From: Aulosira sp. ZfuVER01
GTDB taxonomy: Bacteria; Cyanobacteriota; Cyanobacteriia; Cyanobacteriales; Nostocaceae
Length of the DNA stretch: 52,117 nt
Assembly (NCBI GenBank): GCA_034530615.2
Contig: JAVRCV020000013.1
Coordinates: 1 to 52,117 of the forward strand
Direction of reading: 5' to 3'
A model generated the notes under the pieces. It made no database searches. It was given only the letters and a program-made list of their open reading frames with translations, and was not told the DNA's origin. The position numbers and the translations under genes are program-made. Of this stretch, positions 29,577-39,665 are shown one piece after another. Numbering within the stretch: the first letter of the stretch is position 1; the number at the start of each line of letters is the position of its first letter.

Positions 29577-29888
29577 CTAAAATACTTCCACTGTTTCTAG
29601 ACTGCTTTCTAAGCCAGAGACTATCAGGCTAATTGTTTGTAGTATCGCTGCGCGATCGCCCCTTTGACAACGCTCAAATAAAAGATGGGCATCCAATTCC
29701 TCATGTGTCGCTAAAGTTTCTAGGATATTTTCTCTAGCACTCAAGTTGTGATTTGCACAAGCAGAAAAAAGTAGCACCCCTGCCATCGTGTACATATCTA
29801 GCATCGGCTCATCATTATCTTCCAGATGAACAATGTTAGGAAACTCTGATAAAGGGTGAAGGAATTGGTCAAAGGTTAATTGAGTCAT
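29577..29888 (-). CDS. hypothetical protein
   Basis: 103-aa acidic ORF from ATG 29888; no family recognised. Confidence 0.6.
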   Translation of the reverse strand: MTQLTFDQFLHPLSEFPNIVHLEDNDEPMLDMYTMAGVLLFSACANHNLSARENILETLATHEELDAHLLFERCQRGDRAAILQTISLIVSGLESSLETVEVF

Positions 29889-30248
29889 AGTTATTGTTGA
29901 GTCGATACCTTGAATAAGTTCAAACCCCAGGTAATCAGGCATTACGGTGATGTGCTGCGGTTCAGACCGAAAAATCAGACTTACCTTTGTTGCGAGAGCG
30001 AAATTCTTTGTGTAGTTAACTTTAGCTCTAGTAACGGGTCAGAATGCAACTTGAAAATAGGGTAGGCAAATCAACGAGCAAATGTTGCAGAACCAGTACA
30101 AGCATATATACTTAATAAAAGGGGCAAAAACAATTAAATTTTTAAATAAAGATGAGAAGCTAGCCACGATAAAAGGCAGCTAGCTTCTAGAGTATCTACC
30201 GTTTCTTAGTCTTCAGCCGCTTACTGCTCCATTCCCCTATACTAGGCT

Positions 30249-30300
30249 TGTCATTTTTTTTTGTCAAGCTGTCATTTAAATATGACATAGACAAATGTCT
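30249..30300. promoter_or_regulatory. putative operator (TGTCA/TGACA array)
   Basis: TGTCA at 30249, 30262, 30270; TGACA at 30283; palindrome TGTCAT-ttaaat-ATGACA. Confidence 0.5.
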
Positions 30301-30359
30301 TGCATTTCTGACTTCATGAGAGAAAATAAAGACAAGCACAATCTTCAAATTTTGGACTT

Positions 30360-30809
30360 ATGACTGACAGAAGGCGTTCTGATGATTACAAGCAAATTAG
30401 CGGCTACATCCCCCTGGATTTAGCCCTAGAGTTCAAGAGCATCTGTGCCCGCTTAGGCATTTCCCAAAGCGACGCTATAGAAGAGATGACCCAGGAGTGG
30501 TTAGCCAAAAAAGCAGGTGCGATCGCCAAAAAAGCTCAAGCCCCAAAAACAATTGCTGATTTAGTGCAAGCCAACATGGCAAAATTGAAACGCTGTGGCG
30601 TTAAAAACCTGCAAGCTTTGGCAAAAGGTGAAGTTTTACCAACACCAGGAGACTTTGCCATCATTACATCGGCTTTAGCCATCCCAGAGGAGGAGAGGAA
30701 AAAAATCTGGCAAGAAACTTTCAAAATGTCCGTGTATCAAGATACTAAGGGTGTAAAAGTAGATAGAGATTCTGGAGGTGTCAAAGAAGATGAGTGCGAG
30801 TATTCTTAG
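30360..30809 (+). CDS. ribbon-helix-helix (CopG-like) DNA-binding protein with possible second HTH-like region
   Basis: 'KQISGYIPLDLALEFKSICARLGISQSDAIEEMTQEWL' fits an RHH. Confidence 0.75.
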   Translation: MTDRRRSDDYKQISGYIPLDLALEFKSICARLGISQSDAIEEMTQEWLAKKAGAIAKKAQAPKTIADLVQANMAKLKRCGVKNLQALAKGEVLPTPGDFAIITSALAIPEEERKKIWQETFKMSVYQDTKGVKVDRDSGGVKEDECEYS

Positions 30810-31470
30810 AATCCTCAACTTACCGGGGTGGAACTATAAAATATCTCATGAAGGGGTTTCAATTTTTGCCCCAACTAAACGTGATGCCACGTACGTGGCT
30901 CAAAGCTACGGAGATGCTCTAAGTGAAACTGCGTACAAAATGAATGGCAAGGTGCGGATTCGATGGCGAGGCTGTAAGCAACCGATTGAATTCTTTGGGT
31001 GGATGGTAAGCAAACAAGCACCTACACCGTCGGAAACAGCCGAACGCATTTTGCAATATCAGGGTGCAGTGTTTTGCAGCCAGTTACATATCCCATCACA
31101 GTTGTTATACCGAATGGTGGCGGCTGCGGAAAATGAGCGTCCTGTAAGCATTGTTAGACAAGATACTCGCAAACAAATTATTGTGAATCAGCCAATGGCT
31201 GAGATGTTACAGACACCACCAGAAATTGCGACCGAAAGAATCATGACCCAGTTTTGGCTACCTGAGGATTTAGCTGAACTGGAACAAAGGTTGCACAATG
31301 ATAGACAATTCACCTGGACTTACTCCGCTGGGCTAAATGAGCAAGCTTGGGCAATTCTCACCACCCAATTCGAGGCTTTTGAGGCGGAAGGTGTATGGTA
31401 CAGACAGGGAATCTGCTTGTCAACTCCTCAATTGGTACCAATTCCCCCAGGAGTATTTGAACCAGCGTAG
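30790..31470 (+). CDS. hypothetical protein with C-terminal PAS-like domain
   Basis: 'PVSIVRQDTRKQIIVNQPMAEMLQTPPE…FWLPEDLAELEQRL' resembles PAS; overlaps upstream gene by 20 bp. Confidence 0.65.
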   Translation: MSASILRILNLPGWNYKISHEGVSIFAPTKRDATYVAQSYGDALSETAYKMNGKVRIRWRGCKQPIEFFGWMVSKQAPTPSETAERILQYQGAVFCSQLHIPSQLLYRMVAAAENERPVSIVRQDTRKQIIVNQPMAEMLQTPPEIATERIMTQFWLPEDLAELEQRLHNDRQFTWTYSAGLNEQAWAILTTQFEAFEAEGVWYRQGICLSTPQLVPIPPGVFEPA

Positions 31471-31846
31471 GGATTTCCAATAAAAAGATATTCCATTGCG
31501 TCTACCAACAGTTATCAGGTGCTTCAATCCGTTCGGGTGCGCTCTATCAAGCATTTACAGCATTAGAAGGTGTTTGAATATTTGAACAGACAGGTGCACC
31601 AGCAGCCGAAAAAAGTTAGAACGCTTGGGAGCAAACAGATTAATGAACCGACACTACTCGTAATCGACCACGGATCGATCGCATTATGCTAAAGCCTGTG
31701 AGGGTTTAGCTAGTTAATGGTGATAAATTATTTTCATTGGGATTGCGATCGCTCCTGAGGATGATTGTCTTCTATAGGTAATAAAGATGGGGGATTGTTA
31801 ACCAACAACCACATCCAACGTGTCGATATAGAATTTCAACTTGCTT

Positions 31847-32224
31847 ATGTCTAACTTGCCACCACTCAATACAGAAACTCTTTGGGCAATTCTCAACGAA
31901 ACAATTGATGATGCAACAGTTAATCAGTTGGTATGGCACTACTTAGGTTATCGCTACAACTCCGCCACCGCAGAATGGGAAAACAGCGAAGTCGCACCAG
32001 AATGGCGGGAAGAGTACCCACAACCACCAGATTTTATTGATAGTCGCCCTGCAACAGTCAAATTAACCCGTTCCATTCCCAAAGAGAACAAACAAATACT
32101 TAAAGAAAAATTGGGTTTCAAAGGTTACAAAATTGGTGAATTTGGACCTCGACAGACTCGCAGGGCAACAGCAGCGAATTGGTTATTTAGTTATCTGCAT
32201 CAAAATAGCAGTAATTTAGAGTAA
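31847..32224 (+). CDS. DUF1823 family protein
   Basis: 'VNQLVW..LGYR', 'YP.PPDFI..RPATVKLTRSIP', 'RRATAANWL'. Confidence 0.85.
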   Translation: MSNLPPLNTETLWAILNETIDDATVNQLVWHYLGYRYNSATAEWENSEVAPEWREEYPQPPDFIDSRPATVKLTRSIPKENKQILKEKLGFKGYKIGEFGPRQTRRATAANWLFSYLHQNSSNLE

Positions 32225-32231
32225 GTTGAAA

Positions 32232-32278
32232 TAGCAGATATTGGAGAAAAATAGTAGATTTTCTGCCTAATATCTGCT
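32232..32278. terminator. hairpin downstream of DUF1823 gene
   Basis: AGCAGATATT…AATATCTGCT inverted repeat followed by AT-rich tract. Confidence 0.5.
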
Positions 32279-32447
32279 TATTTAATGATTATTAAATTTT
32301 TATCATCAATTTTAATAAGGAATCAATTTAAAATTTATTCCTGAAGATAGACGAATTATTGATTAATTTATTTCTAGCGAATGATTGGCTAATTTAATTA
32401 GAAAGAAGAAAATACTTTTACCAAGATTTTCTCCTCTAATTAATAAT

Positions 32448-34106
32448 ATGACAAAGCCAATTGAATTTAATCTATTTGCTCCCTATAACAAAGGCGCAGC
32501 ATTAATTGGTTCTTTTTCCGATTGGCAAGAAATTCCAATGGAAAAAGGAGAGGATGGTTATTTTCGTACTGCTGTTGAATTAGAAGACGGCGTTTATGAA
32601 TATAAATTTCGCGTCCAATCAAATTCATGGTTTCTTGAGCCAGAACAATGGGTTGATGTGACCGATCCTTATGCAACTAATATTGACGAATTTGGGGGTA
32701 AAGATAACGGTATTGTCCGTATTAAAGATGGAGAAAGGATTGTTGATACATACGTTTGGCAACATGATGATAAACCTTTGCCTGCTGACCACGAATTAGT
32801 ATTTTATGAATTGCACGTTGGGGATTTTTCTGGTGGTGAAGACGATCCTTATGCACGAGGCAAATATAAACACGTTGTTGAAAAACTAGATTATTTATGT
32901 GAATTAGGAATCAACGCCATTGAGTTGATGCCAGTCAAAGAATATCCTGGTGATTATAGTTGGGGTTACAACCCTCGTCACTTTTTTGCAACCGAATCTA
33001 GCTATGGTTCTACAGAGGGATTAAAAAATTTAATCGATGAATGTCATGCTAGAGGCATTCGCGTCATTATGGATGGCATTTATAACCATTCAGAATCTTC
33101 TAGCCCATTAACACAAATTGACCACGATTATTGGTATCATCATGCTCCTCGTGACCCTGATAATAGCTGGGGGCCTGAGTTTAATTATGAACATTATGAC
33201 GAAAATTTAGATACGTATCCAGCCAGAAGATTTATTGGTGATACCATCCGGTTTTGGATTGAAGAATATCATGTAGATGGTATTCGCTATGATGCAGCAC
33301 GACAAATCGCTAACTACGATTTCATGCACTGGATTGTTCAGGAAGCAAAAAATGCTGCTGGTGCAAAACCCTTTTACAATATTGCCGAACACATTCCAGA
33401 AACTACCAGCATTACAAATATAGATGGGCCAATGGATGGCTGCTGGCATGATAGTTTCCGGCATACTGTTACAGTACACATTTGTGGTGATACTTTTGAT
33501 TTAGAAAGCCTCAAAGACGTAATTGATGCTAAACGTCAAGGCTTTATGGGTGCTACCAATGTGGTAAATTATCTCACCAACCACGACCACGATCGCCTCA
33601 TGGTGGAACTGGGTAATCGGAATATTTTTGATGAAGAAGCATTTAGAAGAGCTAAATTAGGAGTAGCGATTCTGATGACTTCTGTTGGGGTGCCTTTGGT
33701 TTGGATGGGTGAAGAATTTGGAGAGTACAAACCCAAACAACCTGAATCAGCTAAAATTGATTGGACACTACTAGGTAATGAATTAAATTCGAGTTTGTTT
33801 GAATACTATAAAGGCTTGATTAACTTGCGTAAAAATAGTCATGCACTCTACACAGAGAATATTGATTTTATCCATGAAAATCCAGAAGCAAAAGTACTCG
33901 CTTACAGCCGTTGGAATGATGAAGGTTCACGAGTTGTAGTCATAGCAAATTTTTCCGAAAACTTCCTAGCCGGGTATCATGTTCCTAACTTTCCTTGTGG
34001 TGGCACATGGCACGAGTGGACGGCTAATTATGATGTGGAAGCTGGCGACGATGGCATCATCACTGATATTGGGCCTTATGAAGCCAAAGTATTTGTTTGG
34101 CAGTAA
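32448..34106 (+). CDS. GH13 alpha-amylase family glycosidase with N-terminal CBM48-like domain (paralog 1)
   Basis: 'YELHVGDF', 'ELMPV', 'WGYNP', 'DGIRYDA', 'IAEH', 'NHDHDR'. Confidence 0.92.
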   Translation: MTKPIEFNLFAPYNKGAALIGSFSDWQEIPMEKGEDGYFRTAVELEDGVYEYKFRVQSNSWFLEPEQWVDVTDPYATNIDEFGGKDNGIVRIKDGERIVDTYVWQHDDKPLPADHELVFYELHVGDFSGGEDDPYARGKYKHVVEKLDYLCELGINAIELMPVKEYPGDYSWGYNPRHFFATESSYGSTEGLKNLIDECHARGIRVIMDGIYNHSESSSPLTQIDHDYWYHHAPRDPDNSWGPEFNYEHYDENLDTYPARRFIGDTIRFWIEEYHVDGIRYDAARQIANYDFMHWIVQEAKNAAGAKPFYNIAEHIPETTSITNIDGPMDGCWHDSFRHTVTVHICGDTFDLESLKDVIDAKRQGFMGATNVVNYLTNHDHDRLMVELGNRNIFDEEAFRRAKLGVAILMTSVGVPLVWMGEEFGEYKPKQPESAKIDWTLLGNELNSSLFEYYKGLINLRKNSHALYTENIDFIHENPEAKVLAYSRWNDEGSRVVVIANFSENFLAGYHVPNFPCGGTWHEWTANYDVEAGDDGIITDIGPYEAKVFVWQ

Positions 34107-34349
34107 TCAATTACACTCGTACTTAGGAATAATCTAATAATCAAAAATAGGGGGAAATATTGCCCCCTTTTAATTTGAAATTACAAAGCAAGTGATTAAA
34201 AATATTTATTTGGTCTAATAAAATACAAGCAAAATTGGAAACTTATAAAATATAAAATTTAGTTTTCTAATAATTCTATGATTTTGGAGTTTGTTTTGGT
34301 CTAGAAACTGTGTATAATTTTTAAGCCTCAATATAGTAGCATAAATCAC

Positions 34350-35405
34350 ATGATCTGCTCCATGCGCCACACATTGTTCGATGCCAACATTGAGAATTCT
34401 CACGTCTTATTAACTCCCAACGAAGTAAAAGCAAAAGTACCATTAACTAAATTAGCTGAACAGACAGTTCTAAAATATAGGGAAGAACTAGAACAAATCC
34501 TAGATTTTCAAGATAGAAGAAAATTCATCGTCGTTGGGCCTTGTTCAATTCACGATCCCAAAGCCGCAATCGAATATTCAGAAAAACTGAAAGTTTTAGC
34601 AGAGAAAGTCCAGGATAAATTACTGTTGGTGATGCGGGTTTATTTTGAAAAACCCAGAACAACAGTAGGATGGAAAGGATTGATTAACGATCCAGAAATG
34701 GATGATTCTTTCCATGTAGAAAATGGTTTATTAATTGCCCGTAGCTTACTGTTACAAATTGCCGAAATGGGATTACCTGCGGCGACAGAAGCACTTGACC
34801 CTATCATCCCGCAATACCTTAGTGAACTGATTGCCTGGTCTGCCATTGGCGCACGCACAACCGAATCACAAACTCACCGGGAAATGGCCAGCGGGCTTTC
34901 CATGCCTGTGGGTTTTAAAAATGGTACTGATGGTAATATTCAAGTAGCCTTAAATGCCCTGCAATCTGCTAGAACTCCTCACAATTTTCTCGGCATTAAT
35001 CAAGATGGGCAGGTAAGCGTATTTCAAACTAGAGGTAATGCCTACGGTCACGTTATTTTACGCGGTGGTAATCAACCTAACTTTGATGTTGAAAATGTGC
35101 GACTGGTAGAACAGAAGTTAAAAGAAGCAAATTTACCACCAAGAATTGTCATTGACTGTAGTCATGGAAATACCAATAAAGACTACAAGTTACAATCTGC
35201 TGTTTTGGACAACGTTATTCAACAAGTAGTTGATGGCAATACATCGATTGTTGGCATGATGCTGGAATCAAATTTATATGAAGGTAATCAACCAGTTAAT
35301 TGCCAAAAGGATGAATTGCAATATGGTGTTTCCGTGACAGATAAATGTATTGGCTGGGAGGAAACAGAACAAGTTATTTTGGCGGCATACGAAAAACTTA
35401 AGTAG
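34350..35405 (+). CDS. aroF: DAHP synthase, class I-alpha
   Basis: 'GPCSIHD', 'RVYFEKPRTTVGWKG', 'IGARTTESQTHRE', 'DCSHGN'; start may be 34362. Confidence 0.94.
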   Translation: MICSMRHTLFDANIENSHVLLTPNEVKAKVPLTKLAEQTVLKYREELEQILDFQDRRKFIVVGPCSIHDPKAAIEYSEKLKVLAEKVQDKLLLVMRVYFEKPRTTVGWKGLINDPEMDDSFHVENGLLIARSLLLQIAEMGLPAATEALDPIIPQYLSELIAWSAIGARTTESQTHREMASGLSMPVGFKNGTDGNIQVALNALQSARTPHNFLGINQDGQVSVFQTRGNAYGHVILRGGNQPNFDVENVRLVEQKLKEANLPPRIVIDCSHGNTNKDYKLQSAVLDNVIQQVVDGNTSIVGMMLESNLYEGNQPVNCQKDELQYGVSVTDKCIGWEETEQVILAAYEKLK

Positions 35406-35500
35406 TCATTGTCTTGCTGTCTTTGTGTCTCTGTGTTTCAATATTTTTTAAACACAAAGCCACAAAGACACAAAGACACAAACTTTTTCAGGTCATTACC

Positions 35501-37411
35501 TCACAAAATTGTCCCGATTTCTTTTAAATAAACTCGTGTGAATGGTTCATCTGGTCCTAAGGTGTAATCTTCAATTAATCCCTTACGACTAATGGAAATG
35601 CTCTCTCCTTTCTTAATCACCACAGTAGAACCGTCTAATGCATCCCGTACTAACATCATCTCAATCTCAGTGGGATTATCTAGAACCACCATATTACTAC
35701 CTTGGTAAAACATCCCAGCCTTTTCCAAAATCTCATCCTCATATTCGGCAATTAGTAAATCGAGTTTGGGATTACGCAACAAACTTTGAACATTGGTGTT
35801 GTAATCTTTGCTTAAAACTTTTTTTGACCGATTCACAAAAACCGCATCACGACAAACAGCCCCAATTGTCCATTCAGGATTTTGCAAAAGAATATGGTCA
35901 ATCGTTTCTTGCAACTCTTGAACTGAGATTTTATTAAAGGTAATAATTGGTATTCTAGCCTCTGTACCTGACTCAAAAAAGGTTCCTAAGATATGAGAAG
36001 GTACATCGACGCTGTCACCAACCGCTGGGTTAAGATGCATTAAAATGCCGGGTGCGGCGTTGATTTCTAAGATGGCAAAGTTACCCGATTTCCAAGACTC
36101 AGAAAGGCTTTTGGTAATGACATCAATACCCAAACAAGTTAATCGGAAGTGTTGGGCAATGTCCTGCGCCAAAATAATATTGTCATGGTGAACTGTGTGT
36201 GTGGCATTAATGCTGATACCACCAGCTGAGAGATTCGCTACTTTGCGCAGATAAACGGTGCGGTCTTTTTCAACTACGCTATCTAATGTCAAACGCTGTT
36301 CTTTAAGGTACAATTCCATCGCTTCATCACGCTGGATTTTACTCATTGGGGAAGTAGGTGTATCCAAACGTGCAGCTTTGCGGTTTTCTTGGCGAATTAA
36401 CTCATCAATAGTAGAGGACCCATTACCCACAACCGATGCGGGACGGCGTTCTGTGGCGGCGACGAATTTACCATTGACACACAACAAGCGAAAATCCGCC
36501 CCAGATATGCTTTTCTCCACAATTATTCGCGTGGGCTGTTCATCAGGAATTGCAGCCAGCGCCCTACCATAAGCAGATTCTAGTTCTTCAGAGTCTTGTA
36601 CCTCGGCGGTGACACCAATTCCTTTGTGTCCCACTACAGGCTTAACTGCTACAGGATAGCCGATTTCTCTAGCTACAGCTAAGGCTTCCTTTTCAGAAAC
36701 AACGATATCACCTTCAGGTACGGGGAAACCCAAAGTTTTTAAGAAAGCTTTGCAGTCATCTTTGCGAGTAGTAAAGTCTGAATCTATATGGCTATCACAG
36801 TCAAAAGTTGTTGCTATACCGCGAATATGTTTTTTTCCATAGCCGTATTGCATCAGTCCTTCTTCCCACAAATAAAAACTGGGAATACCTTTTTCGTATG
36901 CTGTGCGCAATAAAGAATAGACTGTGGGGCCACCGTAAACAGATTGCCTAAATCTATTTTGCAAGCGCACCATTTCATCTTCAAACAGGAAGTCTGCATC
37001 TCGGTTAATGGCCTCAAACCAATCCCAAACAAAGTACACTATCGCTCTAGTTGTGCGTTCGTGAAGCGATTGAATAGCTAGACGCACAGAATTTGGATTT
37101 GGCTGTAAACTCCAACGGGTTAGGTGTAAGCCCATTTCCAGTTTTCCCACTTCTGATAGGGTTTGGGCAAACAGATGAGCGTATGATTCGTATTCTTGGT
37201 TGCCTAAATTGGGATAGCGATCGCTAATAATTGAAACATAGTCCTCAATGGGCAAAGGTTTTCTATACTCGGTCAAAACAAAATTGAATACTAGGGCCCC
37301 TACTTCCAAATAAGGGTTTGGCCCCATGTAATGCTGGAAGTCGAAAATATCGAACATGTCGGTTTTTCTGGCATTGATGCGGACTGCATCGGTGCTTTTT
37401 TCTTGAAGCAT
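35501..37411 (-). CDS. cphA2: cyanophycin synthetase CphA2-type
   Basis: 636 aa; 'GPN', 'GPT', 'LMQYGYG', ATP-grasp 'VAVKP..GHKG.GV', 'ANLSAGG', 'EINAAPG'; short C-terminus lacking the GTNGKT Mur-ligase motif. Confidence 0.9.
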   Translation of the reverse strand: MLQEKSTDAVRINARKTDMFDIFDFQHYMGPNPYLEVGALVFNFVLTEYRKPLPIEDYVSIISDRYPNLGNQEYESYAHLFAQTLSEVGKLEMGLHLTRWSLQPNPNSVRLAIQSLHERTTRAIVYFVWDWFEAINRDADFLFEDEMVRLQNRFRQSVYGGPTVYSLLRTAYEKGIPSFYLWEEGLMQYGYGKKHIRGIATTFDCDSHIDSDFTTRKDDCKAFLKTLGFPVPEGDIVVSEKEALAVAREIGYPVAVKPVVGHKGIGVTAEVQDSEELESAYGRALAAIPDEQPTRIIVEKSISGADFRLLCVNGKFVAATERRPASVVGNGSSTIDELIRQENRKAARLDTPTSPMSKIQRDEAMELYLKEQRLTLDSVVEKDRTVYLRKVANLSAGGISINATHTVHHDNIILAQDIAQHFRLTCLGIDVITKSLSESWKSGNFAILEINAAPGILMHLNPAVGDSVDVPSHILGTFFESGTEARIPIITFNKISVQELQETIDHILLQNPEWTIGAVCRDAVFVNRSKKVLSKDYNTNVQSLLRNPKLDLLIAEYEDEILEKAGMFYQGSNMVVLDNPTEIEMMLVRDALDGSTVVIKKGESISISRKGLIEDYTLGPDEPFTRVYLKEIGTIL

Positions 37412-37739
37412 TGATGATAAACCTCTAGCTAAACACCCTGAAGTCCGGACGCTGGGTGGCGTTTATCCAGACCTATCTACAATCAATTGATTCTCGTTAT
37501 TGCTTAGGGCGCGATCGCACTTTGTGATTGCTCAGAGTATAAAACTCAACCCTCATAGCCACAGCCTAACTCTACTGACAGAATTTTTCAGCTATCTCAG
37601 GGTATAAACAAGTCTTTCCTGCTTTTCTGACTCAGTATGGAGTAGGCAATACTAGCGATAAAAAATATAACCTTTGAAAGGTGCGATCGCATTTCAATTT
37701 TTATATATCTATAATACGGATCTCAAAAGACAGTAAAGT

Positions 37740-37943
37740 ATGAACAGCGCACAAATTTCTTTGAGAAATGAAGTTCGGCAACTTGCCGATCGAGCATTTC
37801 ATCTCAAGCTTATTTCTGGTCATGGAGATGGCCCAGATAGCTATGAGTACCAAATTGTTTATCAGGGTAAACCCAGACATCTCCCACTAGAACAAGCTCG
37901 TCTTTTTTTAGTGAACTTGCTTTATAGAAGTCAAGTGCATTAG
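37740..37943 (+). CDS. small hypothetical protein
   Basis: 67 aa ATG-start ORF between cphA2 and cphB2. Confidence 0.7.
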   Translation: MNSAQISLRNEVRQLADRAFHLKLISGHGDGPDSYEYQIVYQGKPRHLPLEQARLFLVNLLYRSQVH

Positions 37944-38265
37944 AAAATTTTTGTTAAAAGCCAGCTACCCAAACAAGAACTTTCTAGATTTTTTCCTTTT
38001 TTTAAAAATAAATAGTAAAACCTAATTAGATTAGCCTCTGGAATAATTTTCTAGGGGCTTATAAATCTATTGAATTTATGTATATATTTGCATTCCAAAT
38101 TGGTTGCTTTCTTACAAAGACTTGCATATTATCCTGACATTAATTGTTAATTATTAATAATTATTTCAAAATCTAACTTTGTTTCTTAATCTACCAAATG
38201 GATGATTTTATATTGGGAATTGTCATGCTTTATTGAAAATACTTACATAAAATTAAGGTGACATC

Positions 38266-39120
38266 ATGATGGCGAGCGAAACTAAACGGCAGCTGGTGAT
38301 TGTTGGTGGAGCTGAAGATAAAGAAGGGGATTGCCAGATCCTACGTGAGTTTCTACGACGTGCGGGGGGTACGAAGGCTCATATCGTCATTATGACAGCA
38401 GCAACAGAACTCCCAAGAGAAGTTGGAGAAAATTATATTAGAGTATTTGAACGGCTAGGAGCAGAGAAAGTTCGGATAGTTGATACAGAAACTCGTGAAG
38501 ATGCATCTTCATCAACTGCATTGGAAGCAGTTAATGATGCAACTGGAATATTTTTTACTGGGGGAGACCAAGCGCGAATTACTAGCATCCTCAAAGATAC
38601 TCAACTTGATGAAGCTATTCACACGCGATTTGCAGAAGGCGTAGTTGTGGGAGGAACAAGTGCGGGAGCTGCGGTAATGCCTGACAAAATGATTGTAGAA
38701 GGTGATTCCGAAACAAATCCGCGAATTGAAATTGTTGATATGGGCCCTGGTATGGGCTATTTACCAGGAGTAGTAATCGACCAACATTTTTCACAGCGTG
38801 GTCGTCTTGGACGCTTAATTTCTGCTTTATTACAAGAACCTGCTGACTTAGGATTTGGTATTGACGAGAATACCGCTATGGTAGTTACCGATAACCAAAT
38901 TGAAGTAATTGGTGAAGGTGCGGTCACAATTGTTGATGAGTCAGAAGCAACTCATAATAATATTAACGAAATTTTGAAGGATGAGCCTTTAGCTATTTTC
39001 GGAGCTAAACTTCATATCTTGCCGCATGGCTATAAATTCGACCTCAAAACCCGCAAACCTATCTTACATAATGCCTCAGTGGCAGATTCATCTGTACCCG
39101 TTGGTTCAGCAAGTACCTAA
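38266..39120 (+). CDS. cphB2: cyanophycinase (CphB2-type)
   Basis: 'GGAEDK', 'FTGGDQ', GTSAG, 'DQHFSQRGRLGRL', 'GIDENT'. Confidence 0.92.
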   Translation: MMASETKRQLVIVGGAEDKEGDCQILREFLRRAGGTKAHIVIMTAATELPREVGENYIRVFERLGAEKVRIVDTETREDASSSTALEAVNDATGIFFTGGDQARITSILKDTQLDEAIHTRFAEGVVVGGTSAGAAVMPDKMIVEGDSETNPRIEIVDMGPGMGYLPGVVIDQHFSQRGRLGRLISALLQEPADLGFGIDENTAMVVTDNQIEVIGEGAVTIVDESEATHNNINEILKDEPLAIFGAKLHILPHGYKFDLKTRKPILHNASVADSSVPVGSAST

Positions 39121-39352
39121 CTTTTAGTAGATACAGATGACTTAACTGAAAAGTGAGTATTTATCCTTTAGTAATGTTTAGCTTTTGCAAGTCCCCCAAC
39201 TACCTAGAATAAGAGAAATCAAAAATCCTTATTTTTAGGAGTTAGGGGGATTAGTAACATTATTTTGCTACCTAGATAAAAATGTAGTAAGGACTTTATA
39301 TCAATTCACAAAAACCTCGCTCAAGATAGATTCATAGGGGTTTAGCATTGCT

Positions 39353-39556
39353 CATTGGTGTCAACTTAAGCTAAAAATAGCGTCTGTGTTAGCTTTGTCG
39401 CCCGCCTGAGAATGAATTCTCAGGCTAATAGCCCAAGTCTACTGAAGTAGACTCAAGATTTTGAGGATATTTAGTCATCTTCAGATGACTTTTGCTATTA
39501 GCAAGGAACTTCAGTTCCTTGCGGTAAAAGGGTTTCGCGTTAAATTGACTCGTATG
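39353..39556. mobile_element. MITE inserted in REP-like palindrome (copy 2)
   Basis: Ends CATTGGTGTCAACTTAA / TTAAATTGACTCGTATG; 9-bp direct repeat AGCATTGCT at 39344-39352 and 39557-39565. Confidence 0.8.
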
Positions 39557-39665
39557 AGCATTGCTAAACCCCTATCTGAATATTTGCATTCTTCTTGAAT
39601 CAAATAGCTAAAATCATTACTACAAAATAGATTTAATTAATTTAGTTTAAAAGGAAAAAATTATA

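Noticed and set aside
31471..31840. Possible gene remnant or ncRNA after the PAS-like gene
   Set aside because: Only a short open stretch with no recognisable homology or stable fold
37412..38265. NtcA site for cph genes
   Set aside because: No clean GTA-N8-TAC seen by eye
28573..39574. Composite transposon bounded by the two MITE copies
   Set aside because: Each copy has its own paired ends and target duplication; no transposase between them
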